A DNA stretch of 64,000 nucleotides from Candidatus Binatia bacterium (lineage in GTDB: Bacteria > Desulfobacterota > Binatia > Bin18), in NCBI GenBank assembly GCA_963666315.2, contig CAXXHG010000043.1, positions 160,001 through 224,000 of the forward strand. Direction: 5' to 3'. The first letter of the stretch is position 1; every line of letters starts with the position of its first letter. Below, piece after piece: positions 31,467 to 40,649 of the stretch. Position numbers and translations under genes: made by a program. The notes under the pieces were generated by a model, which was not told where the DNA came from, did not search any database, and was given only the letters and a program-made list of their open reading frames with translations.

Positions 31467-31653
31467 AAGTGTTTTCCTCCCGTCGTAAGATACGCACACG
31501 CTTTCCGCGTGTATGCCGCTGGGCATGCCATGGCATAGAAAAATATTGCTTTAGTTCAGCGCTTCAGCCTACGGCTGTCAAGCGTGCCTGGCTTGTGTGC
31601 GTCGAACCAATAGGCCCAGGCGGACACAGTAGTCAGACCAAGCACCGAGCGAT

Positions 31654-32430
31654 TTAAGACTCAGGATGGCCAAGACGACTAGAGAGATCTTTGCCGGCTT
31701 GAATGACTAACGGAACCAGCTCTTGCTGGAGTCGTTCCGTCCCGATCCGGTAGGCAGGGCCGCTAACTGCCAAACTGCCAACCACAGAGCGAGTGTAGTC
31801 ACGAATCGGTACCGCTACCGTCCGGACGTCGGCCAGATGCTCACCGTTCTCTATAGCATAGCCCTTCTGGAGGACCTCACTGAGCTGTGATTGGAGCGTC
31901 CCATGATCTGTAATCGTCTGCTCAGTGTGAACATCGAGCAAGTCGGGCAGGGAGCGCTGGGCCTCTTCTCCCGTCTCAAAGGCCAGATGCACCTTGCCTA
32001 CAGCCGTACAATGCAAAGGCAGACTTTCACCAATATGTGACACGATCCGTACAGCCTGATCAGGCTCAACCATGTCGATAGGGACAACTTTACCCTGCCG
32101 CATGACGGTGACATAAACGGTCTCACGACACGCCTGGACCACATCCAGCATAACCGACTTTGCTTGTCGCAAGAGTCCCATATGTTGGATATAGGTCTGC
32201 CCGAGCTGTAAACATTGTGTGCCCAAACGATAGTTTTCGGTCGAACGATTTTGTTCGATATAGCCGCGGGATTCCAATGTTGCTAGGATTCGGAAGACAT
32301 TGTTTTTGTGTAGCGTCAGCCGTTTGCTCAGTTCGGTTACCCCAAGTTCTGCATCGGTATGGAATTGCTCAAGAACATCAAGAGCATGGGCGACTGCTTG
32401 AATGATATAGTTGCTTTTTTCTCGTCGCAC
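31654..32430 (-). CDS. IclR-family transcriptional regulator
   Basis: LGVTELSKRL..HKNNVFRILATL HTH; LPLHCTAVGK; VAVPIRD. Confidence 0.94.
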   Translation of the reverse strand: MRREKSNYIIQAVAHALDVLEQFHTDAELGVTELSKRLTLHKNNVFRILATLESRGYIEQNRSTENYRLGTQCLQLGQTYIQHMGLLRQAKSVMLDVVQACRETVYVTVMRQGKVVPIDMVEPDQAVRIVSHIGESLPLHCTAVGKVHLAFETGEEAQRSLPDLLDVHTEQTITDHGTLQSQLSEVLQKGYAIENGEHLADVRTVAVPIRDYTRSVVGSLAVSGPAYRIGTERLQQELVPLVIQAGKDLSSRLGHPES

Positions 32431-32520
32431 AACGAGATCTCCTTAATAGAAAAACTGTTCTAATTTAATTCGTATTCATTTGTCAACACAGTTATAAACT
32501 TGGACTGTAGGAAAATTCCG

Positions 32521-33285
32521 GTGAGTACACATGCTCCTGTTACGGTTCTCAACCCGGACGGTCGCTTTCCCGTCGTGCTCACGTGCGAACATGCCTCGTG
32601 CGCAGTGCCGACCGAATACCAAAACCTGGGGGTCAGCCCTGAACATCTCAAAAGGCACATCGGCTGGGATATCGGCGCTCGGGCGGTTGTCCAAGAAATT
32701 ATACAACATATTGATTCTCCAGCAGTTTCTTCAGGTTATTCACGACTCCTGATCGACTGCAACAGAGATCTGTCCGACCATGACCTTATTATTCCAGAGA
32801 GCGATGGTATACGTGTGCCCGCCAATAGGCAGGTCACAGACTCTGAGCGACAGCGCCGTATCACTGACTTCTACAACCCTTATCATGCAGCGATTGATTA
32901 CGTTCTGGCTCAAAAAAAATCTCAGCCGAAAAAATCTCACCCGATCATGCTGCTGAGCGTGCATAGCTTCGCCCCTATTCTCGGTGAGAAGAAAAGACCG
33001 TTTGATTTAGGCATTCTGTTTGACCGCTATGAAGACCTTGCCCTGGAGTTCGGCCAGCGACTGAGCCACAACGGCTATCAGGTGCGTCACAATGAGCCCT
33101 ACTCCGGCTATGACGGCCTCATTTATAGTGCGGGGAGTCATGGCGAACGCAACGATTTAGTGTATCTCGAAATTGAAATGAATAACCGTTTACTATTGAA
33201 TCCGGCCGGCATTGCAGAAATGGGACAGAAGCTGAGCCAGGTGCTCAAAGACTTGTTTGCTCCACAGGAAAACCACACAGCATAA
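32521..33285 (+). CDS. N-formylglutamate amidohydrolase family protein
   Basis: LTCEHAS, HIGWDIG, SRLLIDCNR, PYH, SVHSF, NEPY, LEIE. Confidence 0.88.
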   Translation: MSTHAPVTVLNPDGRFPVVLTCEHASCAVPTEYQNLGVSPEHLKRHIGWDIGARAVVQEIIQHIDSPAVSSGYSRLLIDCNRDLSDHDLIIPESDGIRVPANRQVTDSERQRRITDFYNPYHAAIDYVLAQKKSQPKKSHPIMLLSVHSFAPILGEKKRPFDLGILFDRYEDLALEFGQRLSHNGYQVRHNEPYSGYDGLIYSAGSHGERNDLVYLEIEMNNRLLLNPAGIAEMGQKLSQVLKDLFAPQENHTA

Positions 33286-33298
33286 AAGGGGGAGAGCC

Positions 33299-34213
33299 AT
33301 GCGCATTATTCTCATTGGTCAAGCCGCGTTCGCGGAAAAAACACTCGATAAACTTTTAGATAGGGGAGAAGAAGTCCTGGCCGTGTTTTGTCCACCGGAT
33401 AAAAACGAAGGCAAGTTTGATCCGGTCAAGCAGCGCGCTATAGAACTCACCATTCCCGTCTATCAGCAAAAATCGATGAAAGGTGCAGAGATTTTGGAGA
33501 AATTCAAAGAACTCGACGCGGACCTCGCCGTTCTCGCCTTTGTAACCCAGATCGTTCCAGCACCAGTATTTAATGCCCCCAAACATGGCAGCATTTGTTT
33601 TCACCCCTCTCTGTTACCAAAATATCGCGGCGGGAGTGCGATTAACTGGACGCTGATCAACGGTGAGACCAAGACCGGGATCTCCTGGTTCTGGGTTGAC
33701 GACGGCATAGATACCGGCCCGCTCCTGGTGCAGAAAGAGGTCATAATCGGTCCGCAAGAAACAACTGGGAGCCTCTATTTCAACAAGCTGTTCCCGCTCG
33801 GTATCGAGGCGATAGACGAGGCAATAGCCCTGATTAAAGCCGGCGACCCACCACGCATTGTGCAAGACGAGTCCCGGGCAAACTACGACCCGCTGTGCCG
33901 CGATGAACACTCGGGTATTGATTGGTCCAGACCCGCTCAAGAGGTCTACGATCATATCCGTGGCTGTGATCCGCAGCCTGGCGCATCAACACTGTGGCAG
34001 GGAAAAAAGATTCGGCTGTATGACTGCGGCCTCCAAAAGTCTGGAGGCGAAGCCCCCCCTGGACAGGTCGTTGCTATTGGCGGTGGCAGTGTCAATATTG
34101 CCGTCTATGGCGGAGCCGTTGTTGCAAAAAAAATACGCGCTGAGAGCGGAAAGATTGCTGCCGATGAACTCGCCGTTCAAGTCGGCTTGCAGCTAGGTTC
34201 GCAGTTAGGCTAA
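33299..34213 (+). CDS. 10-formyl-THF-dependent formyltransferase/hydrolase (Fmt / ALDH1L N-domain-like)
   Basis: HPSLLPKYRGGSAINW, WVDDGIDTG, RGCDPQPGA; SD GGAG before the ATG at 33299. Confidence 0.88.
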   Translation: MRIILIGQAAFAEKTLDKLLDRGEEVLAVFCPPDKNEGKFDPVKQRAIELTIPVYQQKSMKGAEILEKFKELDADLAVLAFVTQIVPAPVFNAPKHGSICFHPSLLPKYRGGSAINWTLINGETKTGISWFWVDDGIDTGPLLVQKEVIIGPQETTGSLYFNKLFPLGIEAIDEAIALIKAGDPPRIVQDESRANYDPLCRDEHSGIDWSRPAQEVYDHIRGCDPQPGASTLWQGKKIRLYDCGLQKSGGEAPPGQVVAIGGGSVNIAVYGGAVVAKKIRAESGKIAADELAVQVGLQLGSQLG

Positions 34214-34235
34214 GCAACTCAATTTCATATCAAAT

Positions 34236-34260
34236 GAGGCAGCCCGATGTGGCTGCCCTC
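34236..34260. terminator. Hairpin between convergent genes
   Basis: GAGGCAGCC...GGCTGCC(C)TC stem between two convergent stop codons. Confidence 0.5.
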
Positions 34261-34274
34261 TTGCTTGTATACCT

Positions 34275-34793
34275 TTACTCCGTTTCAAGTGGCTCTAGTT
34301 CGACGAGTTCAACGAGAACCTGGCCTAGGTCAACGAGATCTCCGTCAGATACATGGATTTTTGTGATCCGTGCACTGCCCTCGGCAGTCAACGCATTTTC
34401 CATCTTCATGGCTTCGAGCAGGATAAGTGTCTGTCCGGCTTCGACAGTCTCACCTTCGGCGATTTTGACTTCGAGAATTTTGCCGGGCATGGGGGAGAGA
34501 ATCTCAGGCTCAAAACTACCGCCGGCTCCGCGTTGTCGAGTACGCGATTGCTTGGGCGGCTCATGATCGAACTCGTAGGGTAGACCTGCAATCGAGACCA
34601 AACTGCGGGTTCCATCGCGAACAACATAGGCCTGTAGCGGGTTTCCATCGACTATAAGCGTCACCGCTCCATCACGGCTAGCGACAACTTGCGTGCGTCG
34701 GGATTTTCCGTTGAGAGCGACGTCGTATGTGTCACCGTCTTTATTATATTCTAGCGTCAGCTCTTCGCCGTCAGCGTATAATGTTGTTTTCAT
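34275..34793 (-). CDS. Biotin carboxyl carrier protein
   Basis: SPMPGK...LEAMKMEN biotinyl domain. Confidence 0.9.
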   Translation of the reverse strand: MKTTLYADGEELTLEYNKDGDTYDVALNGKSRRTQVVASRDGAVTLIVDGNPLQAYVVRDGTRSLVSIAGLPYEFDHEPPKQSRTRQRGAGGSFEPEILSPMPGKILEVKIAEGETVEAGQTLILLEAMKMENALTAEGSARITKIHVSDGDLVDLGQVLVELVELEPLETE

Positions 34794-34822
34794 GGATGTA
34801 TTCAGTAGGACGGAACGGTCAA

Positions 34823-36322
34823 CTAGGAAGTAATTCGCCATCCGCCAAGCTGCTGCCATGGCGTCGCGGTCTGCGCTGACGGCAAGGAAGTCTCTCCAGC
34901 GCTGCCACTGCTGCTTAGACTACGATGCAAGGCAGCGGCTAACACAGCGGCAAGCGTATGCGGCTTTTCGCCGGGCTGCCAGTCTGAAAAGTAATCGGGA
35001 AGAAATGCTGTATGCGTCTCACCTGCAGTAAAGGCGGGATGATCTATGAGTTCGATCAGGAATGGTAAATTCGTGGTCGGACCGAGGATAGCGGTCTGGC
35101 GTAAGGCCCCAGCCATGCGTCTGCGGGACTGCTCACGATCCGTACCCCACGTCGAAATTTTGGCCATCAGGGGATCATAGTGTACGGGCACATCGGTCTG
35201 TGACTCCACGCCCGCGTCTACCCGTACACCGGGCCCGTGCGGTGCATGCCACGCCAAGACTTTTCCAGGCGACGGCAAAAAGCCGTGCGCAGCGTCTTCG
35301 GCATATAGGCGGCACTCTATGGCGTGCCCTGTGAGGTGGACGTCGTCCTGACTGAAGCCCAGCGACTCGCCGGCGGCAATGCGAATTTGTTCGCGCACCA
35401 GATCCAGGCCGGTCACCCATTCGGTAATCGGGTGCTCAACCTGGAGCCGAGCGTTCACCTCAAGGAAGTAAAAGTTGCCTTCAGCGTCGAGAATGAATTC
35501 CACAGTTCCGGCATTATAGTAGCCAGCAGCCTGAGCAATAGTGAGTGCTGCCATCGTCAGCTTGTTACGGAGAGACTGAGACACGGCTGGAGAAGGGGTC
35601 TCTTCTACAATTTTCTGATAGCGCCGCTGAATCGAACACTCACGCTCGCCAAGATGGACCAGATGACCAGTAGTATCTCCCAGAATCTGGACTTCGACAT
35701 GATGCGGCCGTTCGATAAAGCGCTCCACATAGACCGCGCCTTCGGCAAAGGCCGCCAGGGCTTCGCGTTGCGCCGTAGACACAGCCTCCACAAGTTCGGC
35801 TTCCTGACGCACGACACGCATGCCTTTTCCACCGCCCCCCGCCGCAGCTTTGATGAGCACAGGATAACCCAGGGATTTGACTTGTTCGTGCAAAACAGCT
35901 GGATTGGATGCTGGATTCTCAAGGGCGGGAATGACCGGAATGCCGAGCTTGGTTACCGTCTGCCGTGCGAAAATTTTATTGCCAATCGCAGACAGAGCCT
36001 CAGGGGACGGGCCAATAAAGGTCAGGCCGGCGGCGTGCACTGCACGTGCAAACGTCGCATTTTCGGAGAGAAAGCCATAACCGGGATGTATGGCGTCGGC
36101 TCCCGTCCGCTGAGCCGCAGCAAGCACCGCCTCAATATTGAGATAACTCTCACTTGCCAAGGCCGGTCCAACACACACTGCCTCATCTGCTGCATACAGA
36201 TGAGGCGAGGAACGATCCGCCTCCGAGTACACGGCGACTACAGCAATATCCATTTCGCGACACGTCCGCGCAATGCGAGTGGCAATTTCTCCTCTGTTTG
36301 CGATCAGAATTTTTTTGAACAC
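34823..36322 (-). CDS. Biotin carboxylase subunit of an acyl-CoA carboxylase
   Basis: KKILIANRGEIA, HPGYGFLSEN, GGGGKGMR, RLQVEHP, YDPLMAK. Confidence 0.94.
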   Translation of the reverse strand: MFKKILIANRGEIATRIARTCREMDIAVVAVYSEADRSSPHLYAADEAVCVGPALASESYLNIEAVLAAAQRTGADAIHPGYGFLSENATFARAVHAAGLTFIGPSPEALSAIGNKIFARQTVTKLGIPVIPALENPASNPAVLHEQVKSLGYPVLIKAAAGGGGKGMRVVRQEAELVEAVSTAQREALAAFAEGAVYVERFIERPHHVEVQILGDTTGHLVHLGERECSIQRRYQKIVEETPSPAVSQSLRNKLTMAALTIAQAAGYYNAGTVEFILDAEGNFYFLEVNARLQVEHPITEWVTGLDLVREQIRIAAGESLGFSQDDVHLTGHAIECRLYAEDAAHGFLPSPGKVLAWHAPHGPGVRVDAGVESQTDVPVHYDPLMAKISTWGTDREQSRRRMAGALRQTAILGPTTNLPFLIELIDHPAFTAGETHTAFLPDYFSDWQPGEKPHTLAAVLAAALHRSLSSSGSAGETSLPSAQTATPWQQLGGWRITS

Positions 36323-36416
36323 AGACGGACCGCTTCCTCTTGCTGTCTACTTGCCATCTGCTTGAAGCAGAGTAAGACCTTGTACTTACACGTGTTCCGC
36401 CGAGGGAGGGTAGTCT

Positions 36417-37442
36417 TCATCTCGCCCCGGCATGGATCTTTTGGTATTTCCGATAGTCATAGCCAGTTGCCATGGTGAGCAGCATCTGATCCATTCCACC
36501 GGCTCGTTCTCGACGCAGAATCTTCAGACGCTCGAAAAAGTCACGAAAATCTTTATTGACCCGCACCTTCTCGTCCATATGCCGAAAGAAGAAATCGCGC
36601 AGCCGGGTGAGTGTAAAACGGAGGGCTGAAAACCGCAGTTCATTTGGAAACGTATCCCACTCAGCAAGTGTGAGAGTACGTTCAGACTGATAGCCATGGA
36701 GTAACGCGTCAAATCGGTCAATGTGATAATGGTCCTCGTGGTAACACATGGCATTCACCACTGTTGCCAGATCATAAATGAATTTACCCGAGCAAGCGGC
36801 TTCAAAGTCAAGCATGCCGGTCACTTTTCCGCCACGAAAAAGAACATTGTCAGGAAACAGGTCCCCATGAATAATGCCTTTAGGTAACTTTTCCTCTCTG
36901 TATTCTTCTTGATAGGCGATTTCGTCATCCAGGATGTGAAGAACATGCTTCAAATGGTCCGCAATACTCCCACGCAAGTCGTGGTAGAGAGTCTGCAACC
37001 GCTCAAAACTAAATCGGTTCGGAATAGACTTTTTATACTCCTGGCCAACGAGATGCAGCTGGGCGAGAGCCTGGCCGATTTTCTCTAAATGCGCACTGGT
37101 GAGCGTCTCCTCAGAGAAAGCTTTACCGGAGATATTACGATAGATTGAGACCGCTTTCTCCTGGTAGCTGCGCAAGTAGCGCCCATGTTTGTCGGTCACA
37201 GGCCGAGGGCAGGGTATCCCATGCTTACGCAAGAAGAGCAACAGGGCGAGTTCGTCCCGCACTTCTTCTTCACTCTTCACTTCATCTATTTTTAGAAAAA
37301 ACTTCCCCTTGGGGAACTCAAGATAGTAGTATGTGCTCACCGATCCGGCAGGAATGCCCTTGGCGGTTGATAGTCGTCCAAAGCCATAGTCTTTGATCAG
37401 ACCTTGGACAGTTTTTCTGTCGAGGGCTGTGTAGACCGCCAT
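36417..37442 (-). CDS. thrB: Homoserine kinase type II (APH-like fold)
   Basis: MAVYT N-terminus, LPKGIIHGDLFPDNVLF, LDF, ALRFTLTRL. Confidence 0.88.
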   Translation of the reverse strand: MAVYTALDRKTVQGLIKDYGFGRLSTAKGIPAGSVSTYYYLEFPKGKFFLKIDEVKSEEEVRDELALLLFLRKHGIPCPRPVTDKHGRYLRSYQEKAVSIYRNISGKAFSEETLTSAHLEKIGQALAQLHLVGQEYKKSIPNRFSFERLQTLYHDLRGSIADHLKHVLHILDDEIAYQEEYREEKLPKGIIHGDLFPDNVLFRGGKVTGMLDFEAACSGKFIYDLATVVNAMCYHEDHYHIDRFDALLHGYQSERTLTLAEWDTFPNELRFSALRFTLTRLRDFFFRHMDEKVRVNKDFRDFFERLKILRRERAGGMDQMLLTMATGYDYRKYQKIHAGAR

Positions 37443-37601
37443 TCCTTCTTCCCCAGATTGCTGTCTCGACCTCTGCCACCACAGACTCCTGCTGCCTGTA
37501 TTGTCATACTATCGAGACAAGGGCTTTGTCAAGAAAAATTGACTGAGTGTCCATTCAGAATACAGCTCAAAAGGGCAGCACGCGGAGGGGTCTTACCGAT
37601 T

Positions 37602-38006
37602 TTATGACGCAGATTGAGTGTGGTGGATATGCGGAGTCCGAAAATGTAGAGGTACTCCCTTTTCTGCCAGTTGGCGGATAAGCGTGGTACTCACGGCGCA
37701 CAGCACATCGACCTGGAGTCCGGCATATGTTGCAGGAAACGTATTCAGTGTCTGACAGCCGCGCTCAAGCAATTTTTGCGCGCCGCGATATTGGGCGCTG
37801 GAAAGTTTGAGATACCCGACAGCAAGTTGAACCAAGCCCTGCACAAAGCGTTTCTCTTCACCGACACTCTCGTTCCAGACGGTCTCCCAGATCTCGTGCG
37901 CTTCGAAAAAATGGCCAGCGTTAAAGGCTGTCACTCCACGCACAAGAAAAGTATTCGACATGGCTTTTCTCTCTTCGTTTGCCGCGTTTGTCTGCTCATT
38001 CCTCAT
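37602..38006 (-). CDS. DUF309 family protein
   Basis: FNAGHFFEAHEIWE..W...QGLVQLAVG. Confidence 0.88.
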   Translation of the reverse strand: MRNEQTNAANEERKAMSNTFLVRGVTAFNAGHFFEAHEIWETVWNESVGEEKRFVQGLVQLAVGYLKLSSAQYRGAQKLLERGCQTLNTFPATYAGLQVDVLCAVSTTLIRQLAEKGVPLHFRTPHIHHTQSAS

Positions 38007-38009
38007 GCC

Positions 38010-38605
38010 TCATTCCTCTTGGTCACTATAGCGCTCCTCGGCCCACGGATCGCCCCGCGTATGATAGCCGCGCACCTCCCAGAATCCGCGCCGATCTTCA
38101 GCCAAGAACTCCACACCACATACCGATTTGGCGCTCTTCCAGGCATAGAGTTTGGGCACGACTAAGCGCAGCGGCCAGCCATGATCGGGGTCTATATCGT
38201 GTCCATCATGACGCTGAGCAAAAATCACATCCTCGTCTAAGAAGTCCGCCAGCGACAAATTGGTCGTATACCCGCCGTTACAATGAATCAGCACCCAGCA
38301 CGCTTCAGGATTGGGGCGGACGAGATTCACAACACGCCGAGCAGAAACGCCCTCCCACACGTTGTCCAACCGTGACCAGGTGGTCACACAGTGGAAGTCA
38401 GCCGTCAGCCGGGTTTTGGACAGTGCGCAAACTGCTGATAGTTGAGCCGAACCGGCTTTTCCACCAGCCCAAACAGGCGAAACTCCCATGTTGCGGGATC
38501 AAATCGGGGAGTTGGCCTGTAGCTCAAGACGGGGAATTTTTCAACCAGAAACTGGCCGGGTGGAACTCGGCTGCTTGGATCGTTATCCGGGGTGCTTACC
38601 ATCAT
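38010..38605 (-). pseudogene. Sulfite-oxidase-like molybdopterin oxidoreductase (YuiH/MsrP-like), frameshifted
   Basis: N-terminus RVPPGQ..KFPVL is in one frame; DFHCVTTWS...HGWPLRLVVPKLYAWKSAK...GFWE.RGYH..GDPW.EERY is in another. Shift at ~38425. Confidence 0.85.
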
Positions 38606-38661
38606 CGACGCCCTCTTTCGGGCGTTCTAGTGTGTTTGAGAGGCTTTGACAAGAGGGTTTT

Positions 38662-40008
38662 TCAAGTCGAAGGAGGAGACACGAGCGCAATTTTAATGTC
38701 CATGACATTTGTCCCGGTCGATCCCGGACGAAACAGGTCGCCGAGAGCGGAAAAGAATGCATAGGTATCGTTATTGCGTAAAAAGCCGGACGGGTTGAGA
38801 TGTTTCAGTCGAGCTTGCGCTATTGTTTGTCCGTCAGCAAACGCGCCTGCCGCATCAGTCGGACCGTCGATCCCGTCTGTTCCTGCACTGAGAAGAGTCC
38901 AGCCCTTTTCTCCTTGGAGTTCTTGCGCAACAACGAGCGCAAATTCTTGATTGCGCCCGCCTTTTCCGTTGCCGCGGACCTGGACCGTAGTTTCTCCACC
39001 GGCAAGGACGCAGGTTGGAGCGGAACAGGTATGCAGCACCGAGCGTAGCGTTGCAGCAAATTCGCGAGCTACTTGGGTTGTCTCGCCGGCAAGCCCATGC
39101 GAAAGAAGACGGGATCGCATGCCACTTTGTTCTGCCGTGTTTTCGGCAGTTCGCAGCGCAACACGGTTCGATCCGATTAAAATATTATGTACCCGAGCAA
39201 ACATCGGATCACCAGGTTTTGGTGTGTCGGGCACTGCTCCACGGAGTCCCTGCCGCAGATATGAGCGAACTGAGACAGGCAGTTGCATTTCAATTCGATA
39301 GTGTTCGATCTCCTGCCACACATCTGCAAATGTGGTGGGGTCAGGCACAGTCGGACCAGAGCCAATCACACTCAGATCATCACCAATGACGTCTGAGAGT
39401 ATCAAACTCACCACAGTAGCCGGCTGTGCATAGTACGCGAGCCAGCCGCCTTTGATCTGAGACAGGTGTTTGCGCACCGTATTGATGGCGCGAATATCAG
39501 CCCCACAAGCGAGCAAGACCTGATTGGCGTGTTTCTTATCGGCAAGCGTCATCCTTGGGGCTGGACTCACCAACAAACTCGACGCACCACCAGTCAAACA
39601 AAAGAGCACCAGGTCTTGAGGCTGCATCTGCGAAAGGCTGTTGACAAGCGCTTCTGTCCCGGCCAGGCTGCCCTGCCCAGGGAGTGGATGCTCGCCCTGT
39701 ATGACGGTAATCCCCGGCAGTCTGAGCGTCTGCTCGCTGGGGATAATAATACTCCCGCCAGCGATCCGATCCCCGAGCAAGGACATCAAGGCTGCGGCCA
39801 TGGGTCCTGCCCCCTTTCCCACGCCAATCAGAAAAACACGTCCGTTCAGAGAAAAAGTGGACCGCTGGGCATGCTTTCCTTTGAGCTGAACGACGAGCGC
39901 TTCGTTGTCAATCGAGACAATATGTTGGACAAGACGGAGCGGATGTACCGCCTGCACGGAGGCGCGAAACAGCGTCGTGAGGAGGGAACGGGCGTCTCCT
40001 GTTACCAT
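38662..40008 (-). CDS. Glycerate 2-kinase (MOFRL/TtuD family)
   Basis: GKGA, GGASSL, RKHLSQIKGG, SDVIGDD..IGSGPT, GGETTV, GGRNQE, GTDGIDG, TGTNVMD. Confidence 0.93.
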   Translation of the reverse strand: MVTGDARSLLTTLFRASVQAVHPLRLVQHIVSIDNEALVVQLKGKHAQRSTFSLNGRVFLIGVGKGAGPMAAALMSLLGDRIAGGSIIIPSEQTLRLPGITVIQGEHPLPGQGSLAGTEALVNSLSQMQPQDLVLFCLTGGASSLLVSPAPRMTLADKKHANQVLLACGADIRAINTVRKHLSQIKGGWLAYYAQPATVVSLILSDVIGDDLSVIGSGPTVPDPTTFADVWQEIEHYRIEMQLPVSVRSYLRQGLRGAVPDTPKPGDPMFARVHNILIGSNRVALRTAENTAEQSGMRSRLLSHGLAGETTQVAREFAATLRSVLHTCSAPTCVLAGGETTVQVRGNGKGGRNQEFALVVAQELQGEKGWTLLSAGTDGIDGPTDAAGAFADGQTIAQARLKHLNPSGFLRNNDTYAFFSALGDLFRPGSTGTNVMDIKIALVSPPST

Positions 40009-40154
40009 CTCACCACATGGCCATGGAGGATGGTGAGAGAGTTGCTCTCTCGGACCACTTCCCCCTTAAGCAGCATTGATGACACAACACGGGCGAAGAA
40101 TATGCGGTGTGTTGTGTAGCCAACAAAAATACGTGGAAAAATAGAAATCCGGCA

Positions 40155-40577
40155 TTACCCGTCGTCGTCGAGATCGACCGCGTTTGACCGCCGGGGAACA
40201 CTACCATCATCGACGCGGCGCTGGAAGCGGGCTTCTTTTTCAAGCTGCTCTTGGCACGCTACGCACAGCCGGGTGAACGGTAAGGCTTCGATCCGCGCTT
40301 GGGCGATCTCTTCTTCGCATTTTTCACACAGCCCGTATTCGCCTTCTTCGATCCGGTCTAAGGCGTCTTCTATAGCCTGGAGTTTATCCCGGTCGCGATC
40401 ACCCAGGATGAGATTAATTTCCCGATCCCGCTCCTCGCTCGCAAGATCGTAGGTGTCCATCCCTTCGTCGAGTTCGTTCTCTTTGCCCTCCCGAATTTCC
40501 TCATCGAGCTGCTGCAAGATTTGTTGCTTCTGTCGAGTCAGCGTAGTACACATCTTTTTGAGGAACGCTTTTCTCAT
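40155..40577 (-). CDS. dksA: DksA/TraR C4-type zinc finger protein
   Basis: DTYDLA (DxxDxA) coiled-coil tip; YGLCEKC...RIEALP..LCVAC. Confidence 0.88.
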   Translation of the reverse strand: MRKAFLKKMCTTLTRQKQQILQQLDEEIREGKENELDEGMDTYDLASEERDREINLILGDRDRDKLQAIEDALDRIEEGEYGLCEKCEEEIAQARIEALPFTRLCVACQEQLEKEARFQRRVDDGSVPRRSNAVDLDDDG

Positions 40578-40620
40578 ATCACCTTCCCTCTCACCGAAAT
40601 CAGGACGAAAAAGGAGGCAC

Positions 40621-40649
40621 AACCTAAAGGGAAGTATCAATAAAGTCAA
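40621..40649 (-). promoter_or_regulatory. sigma70-like promoter for dksA (TTGACT-N17-TAGGTT)
   Basis: Near-consensus boxes with a 17-nt spacer inside the 3' end of rimO. Confidence 0.65.

Noticed and set aside
33299-34213. Calling this gene fmt
   Set aside because: It lacks the GTP.FA and GAAPI signatures and has no def neighbour, so it was left without a symbol.
34275-36322. BC and BCCP as one frameshifted gene
   Set aside because: Both have clean ends and a plausible separate start; split BC/BCCP genes are common.
35324-36478. 384-aa plus-strand ORF, and similar long antisense ORFs (2796-3578, 4516-5340, 37979-38764, 60061-60738)
   Set aside because: They shadow well-supported genes on the opposite strand, have no motifs, and are expected from codon bias in GC-rich DNA.
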